In this document: piece after piece, positions 25,906 through 33,815 of the stretch | Layout: each line of letters starts with the position of its first letter | How positions within the stretch are numbered: the first letter of the stretch is position 1 | Virus record (IMG/VR): IMGVR_UViG_3300048851_000022 | Coordinates: 1 to 48,072 of that record | DNA length: 48,072 bases | Strand: one strand, 5' to 3' | From: a virus | Lineage: Duplodnaviria; Caudoviricetes | Translations under genes and position numbers: made by a program | The notes under the pieces: model-generated | The model's database searches: none | Told to the model about the DNA's origin: nothing | The model's input: the letters and a program-made list of their open reading frames with translations, nothing else

Positions 25906-26271
25906 TCAGAACCAGCGGTGGCTCAGCATGTACCCGCCGTCGTGGTCGAGACCGGCACCACGGGTGATCTCGGGCTCGACTTCCTGCGCGGAGAACAGGG
26001 CTCGTCCGAGGCTGTAGACCACGAGGAACCCGAGGTCCATGCCTCCCCCACCCATGAACAGAGATCCATCCTTCAAGCGTCGAGCGCCGATCACGCGGGC
26101 AACGTGGCCCGTGATGTCCCAGATCTCGCCGTGCACGATGGCAGCGACTTCGATCTTGCGACCCGCCTGGGTGAAACCCTGGTGGATGGTGGTCACGGTG
26201 TCCCCGGGCTTGAGCCACGAGCGGAGCAGTTCCTTGGACTCCGCGACCTCTTCGGCGGTGTACTTGGTCAT
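25906..26271 (-). CDS. Hypothetical protein
   Basis: LKPGDTV.T..., GGGGMDLGF.VVYSLGR.LF motif; GAGGAG RBS. Confidence 0.7.
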   Translation of the reverse strand: MTKYTAEEVAESKELLRSWLKPGDTVTTIHQGFTQAGRKIEVAAIVHGEIWDITGHVARVIGARRLKDGSLFMGGGGMDLGFLVVYSLGRALFSAQEVEPEITRGAGLDHDGGYMLSHRWF

Positions 26272-26318
26272 CTCGTCTCACTCCTCAGTGTGCTTGTGTG
26301 GCAGTCGGTTTCGGCTAC

Positions 26319-26363
26319 CAACGCGATGCGCACATCCTACACCAGGACGTGCGCACCACGCAA
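26319..26363 (-). repeat. Intergenic stem-loop element, copy D (operator-like motif in the arm)
   Basis: CAACGC-GATGCGCACATCCT-ACACC-AGGACGTGCGCACC-ACGCAA. Confidence 0.8.
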
Positions 26364-26373
26364 GTGGTCGAAC

Positions 26374-27081
26374 TCAGCGAGCGAGCAGCTTGTTCAGGAT
26401 GGCCACGCGGTAATCCTTCACGACCTCGGCCATGATCCGCTCGTGGTCTTCCTTCGGGAAGATCACGGAGTCAGCGGACTCCCACTGGTAGCCCCAGTGG
26501 CACACGTCCTGGTGGGAGTTGTAGCTGTTCCACAGCCACTCGTCGTTCACGACCTCGGTCGAGTCCTCGTAGGTGAACTCCACACGTTCCAGGTCCTGCC
26601 GGATGTCCGGGAGGACGTAGTCACGGCTGTCCTGCCAGACCTCTTCGGACAGAGCCGAGTGGTCTTCCTCGTCGTACAGCGGGTACTCGTCCAGGCCACG
26701 GATGATGTCCTCCACGAGAGTGGGGACGCCACGACCCGCAGGCAGGGCCAGGGCCATGCCGTCGTGCCCAGAGAACCCGATCTCCACGAAGGTGTCCGGG
26801 AAGTCGCGCAGCAGGGCACGGTGGTTCGACCGCTGGATGTCGCTCGATCCCCCGGAGTACTCACCCCAGGAAGTCGCGTCGATCACGTAGAGGTCGGGGG
26901 CCTGGTAGGACAGCAGGGGTCGCACGGCAGACCACGAGTAGGACGAGCCAGGCTGCGGGAAGAGGTCCCCCCCGTTCAGGCTGTCGTACTCCGACCAACG
27001 GTGACCCGTGAGCCCGTACATCTCCTCGGCCATAGTGGCAGGGAAGGTGAGACGGTCAAGGGTGATGGTCATATCTTTCAC
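26374..27081 (-). CDS. Acidic hypothetical protein
   Basis: 235-aa ORF containing QRSNHR and LDEYPLYDEEDHS; GAGG RBS. Confidence 0.7.
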   Translation of the reverse strand: MKDMTITLDRLTFPATMAEEMYGLTGHRWSEYDSLNGGDLFPQPGSSYSWSAVRPLLSYQAPDLYVIDATSWGEYSGGSSDIQRSNHRALLRDFPDTFVEIGFSGHDGMALALPAGRGVPTLVEDIIRGLDEYPLYDEEDHSALSEEVWQDSRDYVLPDIRQDLERVEFTYEDSTEVVNDEWLWNSYNSHQDVCHWGYQWESADSVIFPKEDHERIMAEVVKDYRVAILNKLLAR

Positions 27082-27132
27082 GTCCTCTCACAGACGATCC
27101 CAGAAGCCGCTGGGTGCGGTAGGCCAGAAGGC

Positions 27133-27177
27133 CAACGCGATGACGCACATCCTACACGGAAGTGCGTCATCACGCAA
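27133..27177 (-). repeat. Intergenic stem-loop element, copy E (operator-like motif in the arm)
   Basis: CAACGC-GATGACGCACATCC-TACAC-GGAAGTGCGTCATC-ACGCAA. Confidence 0.8.
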
Positions 27178-27186
27178 GCTCTCAGG

Positions 27187-27663
27187 TCAGGCTTTCTCGC
27201 AGTCCCAGGCATTCGCACGGGAGAGCTCTTCGTCGTTCTCGGTCCACGTCAGGCAGTTGTCACAGCGGGAACGTCCGGAAGGCCACGACACCCAGCGGTG
27301 CCCGTTGTCGTACCGGTAGAACCCTGCCTCTGCAGGGTCGTTCTCGTTCACCTCGTACACCCAGCCTTCGGGAGTACGTTCGGTGATCCACGAGACTGCA
27401 GCTTCGATGGTCCACGCAAGGGACTCGTGAGAGGCCGAAGCGGATTCGATGTCGAAACCATCGGTGCCTTCTGCTTCGAGGTTGCCCACGAAAGCGTCAC
27501 GAGCACCACGAAGGTCTGCCGCCATGCCTTGTGCCTGCGATTCCTCGGCGTGGCCAGAGGCCACGAGGTGCATGATGGCGAGGCACTGGCCATCGGCCAC
27601 GTCCTGGGGACGCATGGTCCCAGAGCGGGTGATGATCGGGTAGGTGCCGTCGAAAACGGTCAT
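27187..27663 (-). CDS. Hypothetical protein, first gene of the leftward early operon
   Basis: AGGAG RBS; SGTMRPQD motif; 158 aa. Confidence 0.65.
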   Translation of the reverse strand: MTVFDGTYPIITRSGTMRPQDVADGQCLAIMHLVASGHAEESQAQGMAADLRGARDAFVGNLEAEGTDGFDIESASASHESLAWTIEAAVSWITERTPEGWVYEVNENDPAEAGFYRYDNGHRWVSWPSGRSRCDNCLTWTENDEELSRANAWDCEKA

Positions 27664-27936
27664 GTCTAGTCACACTCCTGATGTCAGTTGAAAGGGGCAT
27701 CGAGGGCACGAAGATGGACACCCTCCGTGGATAGGCGTGATCTTGTGAATCACCCTAGAGCCGTGGAGCGCGTTGATCCTCGCATCGCGCCCTCTCTTGC
27801 CCCCGTCACGTAGACGGGGCGTGAGAGGAAAGATCGCTGTTGAGTTCTCAAGAATCGTGCAAGGTCGTCCGCTGTTCGGTCAGACACTGGCAAGCCAGCC
27901 GATACGACGTTCGCGTCATCCCCGTTGCATGAGTAG

Positions 27937-27965
27937 ATCTTGGCACACATCCCACACCCTGTCAA
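27937..27965 (-). promoter_or_regulatory. Leftward early SigA-type promoter with an operator-like motif in the spacer
   Basis: TTGACA-N17-CAAGAT on the minus strand; spacer GGGTGTGGGATGTGTGC. Confidence 0.7.
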
Positions 27966-27969
27966 GCTG

Positions 27970-29190
27970 GCCTCTCCCCCCGTGGTGCTGACAGCGTTCC
28001 TGCCCCACTAGGTGGGTGCTCGGTCGGCCGATCTGCTGGGTGAGCTGGCCCCGTGGGGCCTGCCCGCTTGCCTGGTGTGTGGAGTTGTGATCTTCAGAAC
28101 CGATCACCGTTGCGGTGATGAGGAGGACTCTGCACCCTCCGGAGCTGGTGTGTCAACTCCACTCATGCACCGATGCCCTGAGCTGGGCCGATGCCATCGG
28201 TGGCAAGCCTGCGGAGCTTGCGGAGCAGGCGCGGCAGGGAGTCAGCCCGCTAGGGCTGCTGCTCTCATCCATCCCCCCCCCCGCAGCGACTCCTCCCCTG
28301 GACTGTCAGCACACGAGCGTGCTGCAGGACGGCTGGTGCTGGCTGGTGCCCCCTCTCCCCCACCTGGTGCCCACCTGGTGCGTGTCCTGCCCCGTCCCAC
28401 GGGGCATGAGTAGGGCTCTACTCCCTGGTGAGCGGTGGGTGTGGGTGTGATCAGCCGGTCACAGGCTGGCATCACTGCAGGTCAGGGAGCTGAGGGTAGC
28501 CTACCCTTACCAGTCACCGTCCGTGTAACCGGAACCACAGTCCGTGACATCCCCATCGACCGGGGGATGCTTAACCGCGACCCCCACCCCTCACATCTAG
28601 AGTCTGCCGAGAAGATTTTTCCCGGTTGGTCGGGGGCATGTCGGGGCTGTGGACAACGGGCCGTCCTACACCTGCATCGTCGCAGGTCAGGGGGTGTTTC
28701 CACAGGGAGGCTCGGAGAGTCTCCGATCGTGGTCCAGAGAACTTGTATAGATGAGGGCTGCTTCGCTGCAGCCCCTCGCGCACAGCATGAGCCGGGTCGA
28801 GTTGAAGCCATCGACCCGGCAGGCCTCACGGCCTGCTGGTCACGGATGAGAGCCCGGCAGAGAAGCCGGGCATCCAGGCAGCTCCCAGGGTCGCTGCTTC
28901 CTCTTCATCGACTGGAAGAGCCGGGGCCTTGAAGCCCCGGGTATCCGGAGTACCCCTGGGAGAGCCGCTGCTGGCCCCTGAGGGCCGCTGAGGAGTGGTC
29001 TGGCATGAACCCCCAGACGAGGCCCTAGCGGGCCTCCTAGAGGCACTGGGGGCCGTAGAGGCCGGAGAGGGTCGTAGCCCTCATGGGACCGCGTCGTTGC
29101 CAGGTGTAGGACGGCCGCCGCCGCTCATGATCCAGCCCCGTTGCGTCGAGTGTGGGATGAGGGTCTGCATCAGGCAGACCCATGAGCGGG
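27970..29190. other. Long low-coding region between the divergent early and late arms (candidate physical genome end / origin)
   Basis: No ORF with a clear RBS or codon bias; short repeats and hairpins; directly upstream of the terminase. Confidence 0.45.
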
Positions 29191-29200
29191 GGAGTGGGGC

Positions 29201-29440
29201 ATGGGCGTCACCGCCGTCTGGTCCGACTCCGAGCAGGCCTTCGTGCCCGTGAGCGACCCCCCGTCGATGGAGCTGCAGTTGATCGGCCCCACCCGCGCTG
29301 CCCAGCTTCTGGGCCGCGAGATGGAGCACCGCGTCCTCGGCCAAGCCGAGCTCAGTGCTGCAGTCGATCCTACTCGGCCCGAGCTGTACCGGGGAGCACT
29401 CAACTCCCGCATCGAGAGCGCCCTGGCGCGTCTCGCCTAG
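29201..29440 (+). CDS. Hypothetical protein
   Basis: 79 aa; GGGAG RBS; good GC3 bias. Confidence 0.5.
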   Translation: MGVTAVWSDSEQAFVPVSDPPSMELQLIGPTRAAQLLGREMEHRVLGQAELSAAVDPTRPELYRGALNSRIESALARLA

Positions 29441-29593
29441 AACGCCCTGTTGACCGGCGCTGGATGTGACCGGCCAGGGAAGGCCCCTCGGGGCCAAGTC
29501 GTGAAGAGGTCGATCCGTAGGTAACACCCCGCGTGCAAGAAGAACGGATGCCGCACCCCGGGGGACCTCACCCAACTTCGATAGGGGATACCC

Positions 29594-31492
29594 GTGGCGA
29601 ATCGCCCGCAAGGCCTTTCTAAGGCAGAAGCCCAGAAGAAGGTCTTGGCGGGAATCGCTGCTGGCCTTTCCGTCGCGGAAGCCTGCGAGCAGGCTCAGCG
29701 CACCGTGAAGGCGCACGAGAACTGGCGTGCGACCGATCCGGACTACGCCCGTGCCGTCGATGAAGCCCGGTTCAACCGCGCCCAGGCAGTGAAGCAGGGC
29801 AAGGACGCCGATGTCTCCAACATCGACTTCGAGACCTTCTGCCGCGACTTTCTCAACCAGCCCCTCTACCCCCACCAGAAGATCTGGGTGGACGTGCTGG
29901 AAGGAAAGAAAGAGCCCGAGCTGCACGACTCGATGACGTACAAGCCGGGGGACAAGTCCCGGGTGCTCATCAACGTGCCCCCCAACCACGCCAAGTCGAT
30001 GACGCTGACGATCCAGTACGCCCTCTACCGGCTGTGCATGGACCCCAACATCCGGATCATCATCGTCTCCAAGACCCAGCAGTTGGCCAAGGACTTCCTC
30101 TGGGCCATCAAGCAGCGACTCACTTCTCCGAGGTGGGCCGCGCTACAGGCCGCGTTCGGTGGCCCCAACGGGTTCAAGAGTTCCGAGAGCGGCTGGTCCG
30201 CCGACCGCATCTACCTTTCCGACGAGCTGCGAACAAGCGGCGAGAAGGACCCCAACATCCAGGCCATCGGGCTTTCCGGCCAGATTTACGGGGCAAGAGC
30301 TGATTTGATCATCGTTGACGACGCGGTGACCCTGACCAACGCCGCCGAGTACGAGAAGCAGATCCGCTGGCTGACCCAGGAGGTGGCCTCCCGTCTGCCC
30401 GGTGCCGGTGGCCGACTGCTGGTGATCGGCACCCGCGTGGCCCCGGTGGACCTCTACTCCGAACTCCTCAACCCCGACCGGTTCATCTCCGGCAAGAGCC
30501 CCTGGACCCACCTGGCCATGCCAGCGGTCCTGAGCTACGCCGAGGATCCCAACGACTGGGAGACCCTGTGGCCGGTGGCCCAGGAACCCTGGGACGGGTC
30601 GGAGAACGCGGAGCCCGACGAGAACGGGAACTACCCCCGCTGGGACGGCTACCACCTGAGCCGGGTCCGGGACCAGATCCCAGCCCGCATCTGGGCTCTG
30701 ACCTACATGCAGCTCGGGGTGAGCGAGGACAGCGTCTTCGACCCGATCTGCATCAACGGCTCCCAGGACAAGCGCCGCCGTCCCGGCCTACTGGTGCCGG
30801 GTGCGATCGACCACCCTCGCCGGGGGATGGAGGGGCTCTACACGATCCTCTCGCTCGACCCCGCGATGGCCGGTGACTCCTTCGCCATCGTCATGGCGGT
30901 GGACCGCCAGACCCAGAAGCGGTACGTCCTGCAGGCCTGGGTCCAGCACAGCCCCACCCCGGAGTGGATCCGCAACCTCATCAAGAGCGTGGCGGTGGAG
31001 TACTCCGTCAACGAGGTCGTCGTGGAGACCAACGCCTTCCAGCTCTTCCTCTTCCACGACCCCGAGGTCAACGAGTTCCTCCGTCAGCGGGGGATCCGGA
31101 TGCAGCCGCACTACACGGGCCGCAACAAGCAGGACCCTGATTTCGGCGTGGCCTCCGTCGCCCCGCTGTTCGGGTCCACCCGAGGGGTCAACGACGGCGC
31201 GGGCCGCAAGGTCCACTCCGGTGACAACCTGATCCACCTTCCCCGGGTCGATGACAGCGAGGGCCTCAAGGCCCTGGTCGAGCAGCTCATCACCTGGCAA
31301 CCGGGGGTTCGCGGGAACAAGCTCAAGATGGACGGCCCGATGGCTCTGTGGTTCGCGGAACTCCGCGCCAGGGAGATGTTGCACGTCGGCAAGAACATCC
31401 AGCACTTCACCAAGAACCCCTACGCCTCCAAGCGCGACCGCGCTTCGAGGGTGGTCGTGCCGTTGGCCGACTACGGCAGCTACACAGGCTAG
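29594..31492 (+). CDS. terL: Terminase large subunit with an N-terminal HTH-like extension
   Basis: Walker A variant PPNHAKS, GARADLIIVDD, IGTR, nuclease LDPA ... ETNAFQ ... D.PMALW. Confidence 0.9.
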   Translation: MANRPQGLSKAEAQKKVLAGIAAGLSVAEACEQAQRTVKAHENWRATDPDYARAVDEARFNRAQAVKQGKDADVSNIDFETFCRDFLNQPLYPHQKIWVDVLEGKKEPELHDSMTYKPGDKSRVLINVPPNHAKSMTLTIQYALYRLCMDPNIRIIIVSKTQQLAKDFLWAIKQRLTSPRWAALQAAFGGPNGFKSSESGWSADRIYLSDELRTSGEKDPNIQAIGLSGQIYGARADLIIVDDAVTLTNAAEYEKQIRWLTQEVASRLPGAGGRLLVIGTRVAPVDLYSELLNPDRFISGKSPWTHLAMPAVLSYAEDPNDWETLWPVAQEPWDGSENAEPDENGNYPRWDGYHLSRVRDQIPARIWALTYMQLGVSEDSVFDPICINGSQDKRRRPGLLVPGAIDHPRRGMEGLYTILSLDPAMAGDSFAIVMAVDRQTQKRYVLQAWVQHSPTPEWIRNLIKSVAVEYSVNEVVVETNAFQLFLFHDPEVNEFLRQRGIRMQPHYTGRNKQDPDFGVASVAPLFGSTRGVNDGAGRKVHSGDNLIHLPRVDDSEGLKALVEQLITWQPGVRGNKLKMDGPMALWFAELRAREMLHVGKNIQHFTKNPYASKRDRASRVVVPLADYGSYTG

Positions 31493-31500
31493 GAGGCTCT

Positions 31501-33336
31501 GTGGCTTACGACGAAGCAACCGCGCTCACAGCGATGCAGCGGATACTTCCCCGGGTCCAGGCCCTGCAGAACCGCTACGCCCAGCGCGACAAGCGCGCTG
31601 CGGACGTGCAGGCGGTTCGCCGTGGGGACTTCGACAAGGTCGCCCCGGACCTGTTCTCCGACGACTGGCCCCGACCCATCGTGGCCAACACCGTGGACCA
31701 GACCGCGCGAGACATCGCTGCGGTCCTGGCCCCGCTCCCGTCCTTCAACTGCAGCAGCAGCTCCATGCTGGGGGACCGGGCTCGCAAGTTCGCGGACAAG
31801 CGGACGAAGATCGTGAACGGCTACATCCAGCAGTCGCGCCTCTCGGCGCAGATGTCGCGGGGTGCCGACCAGTACATCACCTACGGGATCCTCGCCTTCT
31901 GCGTGGAACCCGAGTTCGAGGGCAAGACCCCTCGGATCGTGGTCGAGGACAGTGCGGGCATGTACCCCCTCTGGGACCGCTACGGTCGCACGGTGGCCGT
32001 GGCCCGGGTGTTCTACCGGGACCAGCTCGAACTGATCGCTGAGTACCCCCACCTGGCGAACAAGCTCAAGGCCCCCGGTGTCGCCGTGGGCTCGCGGCTG
32101 GTCAAGGTCATCAAGTACAACGACGACGACTACTGCGCCCTGTGGTGCCCCGACGCCCAGGACTGCCTCTTGGAGTTCGGGCCGAACCCCCTCGGCAAGT
32201 GCTGGTACGTCTGCATCAAGCGCCCCGGCCTGGACGAAGAGGTGCGCGGGCAGTTCGATGACCTGATCTGGGTCCAACTGGCGCTCAACCGGTTCCAGAT
32301 GCTCGCGCTCGAAGGCGCGGACACCGCCGTGCGGGCTCCGCTGGTCGTCACCCCCGACGTGGGGGAGATCCCCGTTGGTCCTGGTGCGGTCATCCGCGCC
32401 CAGGGTGGCGTCAACTCGGTCGGTCGTGCTCGACTCGACCTGCCGCCCCAGACCTGGCAGGGAGTCCAGTACCTCAAGAGCGAGCTGACCGGTGGCATCG
32501 CAGGTGCCGACGCGCGCAACGGGCAGGTGGACGCCAGCGTCATCACCGGCAAGGGCGTCCAGCAGCTCATGGCCGGGTTCTCCACCATGATCTCCGATGC
32601 GCAGGTGCAGTTCCAGGTGGGCCTGGAACTCGTGGCCCAGAAGTGCTTCGAGATGGAGGAGAAGCTCTGGCCCAACCGGGAGCGGACCATCCGGGGCAAC
32701 GACTCCGGTGTGCCCTACGAGATCACCTACGTGGCCTCCAAGGACATCAAGGGCGACCACACGGTGGAGTGCACCTACGGGATGCTCGCCGGTCTGGACG
32801 CCAACCGCGCCCTGGTCTACACCCTGCAGGCCCAGGCCGCTGGCCTGCTCTCCAAGGACTTCTCCCGCCGTCAGCTCCCGGCAGGCATCAACGCCGCCGA
32901 GGAGGGCAAGAAGATCGAGGTGGAAGCCATGCGGGACTCGCTCCTGCAGGCCATGTCGGCCCTGGCCCAGTCCACCCCGCAGCTCATCGCCAACGGCCAG
33001 GACCCCTCCCAGATCCTCGGGGTCGTCGCTCAGGTCACCGACGCGCTGCAGAAGAACAAGCCGCTGGAACAGATCGTCATGGAGGCCTTCCCCCCGCCCC
33101 CGCCCCCGGAGGCCGCGCCGGAGGCCCAGCAGCAGATCGACCCCCTGACCGGCCAACCGGTCGAAGGTGACGCCACGGGCTTCAACTCCTCGGGCCTTCC
33201 TGGCGAGATGCAGTTGGGACAGGCCACCGAAGGGCCGGGTGGACGCCCGGACCTGAATCAGTTCTTCGCTGGCATGACCCAGGGCGGTCAGGCCAACCTC
33301 GGCATGAGCGTCTCGCGCATGTCGCCCGCTCAGTAG
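31501..33336 (+). CDS. Portal (head-tail connector) protein
   Basis: 611 aa directly after terL; AGGAGG RBS before GTG 31501; Pro/Gln-rich C-terminus as in podovirus portals. Confidence 0.8.
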   Translation: MAYDEATALTAMQRILPRVQALQNRYAQRDKRAADVQAVRRGDFDKVAPDLFSDDWPRPIVANTVDQTARDIAAVLAPLPSFNCSSSSMLGDRARKFADKRTKIVNGYIQQSRLSAQMSRGADQYITYGILAFCVEPEFEGKTPRIVVEDSAGMYPLWDRYGRTVAVARVFYRDQLELIAEYPHLANKLKAPGVAVGSRLVKVIKYNDDDYCALWCPDAQDCLLEFGPNPLGKCWYVCIKRPGLDEEVRGQFDDLIWVQLALNRFQMLALEGADTAVRAPLVVTPDVGEIPVGPGAVIRAQGGVNSVGRARLDLPPQTWQGVQYLKSELTGGIAGADARNGQVDASVITGKGVQQLMAGFSTMISDAQVQFQVGLELVAQKCFEMEEKLWPNRERTIRGNDSGVPYEITYVASKDIKGDHTVECTYGMLAGLDANRALVYTLQAQAAGLLSKDFSRRQLPAGINAAEEGKKIEVEAMRDSLLQAMSALAQSTPQLIANGQDPSQILGVVAQVTDALQKNKPLEQIVMEAFPPPPPPEAAPEAQQQIDPLTGQPVEGDATGFNSSGLPGEMQLGQATEGPGGRPDLNQFFAGMTQGGQANLGMSVSRMSPAQ

Positions 33337-33346
33337 GAGGTAGTTC

Positions 33347-33805
33347 ATGGCAGGACGCGGTGGCTACCAAGCCCCAGCGAAACCTGCGGCGGTGTCTGGC
33401 CCCGGTGCGCTCTCGCAGCGCACCGACGGCCAGCCTGTCCGCGACATCACGGGAGGGGACTACGGGGACGCCTCGGAGTTCCGCAACCTGCAGCAGTCCG
33501 CGCCACTGGCCAAGGGACCGAACCTCAGCCGTGGGGGAGCCCAGGTGGGCACCCCCGCCCCGCAGGTCACCCCGTTCGGCGCAGCGAGCACCGAGCCCGG
33601 TACGCCGGTCACGGCGGGCGCGGAGATGGGCGCAGGCCCTGGCCTGAGCGCCATCGGTCTGGGCAACCAGAACTACAAGGACAACCTGGCGCAGGACAAC
33701 GAGTACATGCGCCAGTACCTGCCCGCGCTCCTGTCGGCCACGACCGACGAGAACGCCTCGCCCAACTTCCGGCGCTACGTCCGGTCCCTGATCGCCCGCA
33801 TGTGA
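33347..33805 (+). CDS. Small virion-associated protein
   Basis: RGGYQ.P..PA.VSGPGALSQRTDG motif; AGGAGG RBS; post-portal position. Confidence 0.7.
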   Translation: MAGRGGYQAPAKPAAVSGPGALSQRTDGQPVRDITGGDYGDASEFRNLQQSAPLAKGPNLSRGGAQVGTPAPQVTPFGAASTEPGTPVTAGAEMGAGPGLSAIGLGNQNYKDNLAQDNEYMRQYLPALLSATTDENASPNFRRYVRSLIARM

Positions 33806-33815
33806 GGAGCACCTC

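Noticed and set aside
24268-27177. CRISPR array or canonical integron
   Set aside because: The repeats are separated by whole genes and their inner sequences differ. There are no cas genes, no RYYYAAC/GTTRRRY boxes, and I could not identify an IntI-specific insertion in the recombinase.
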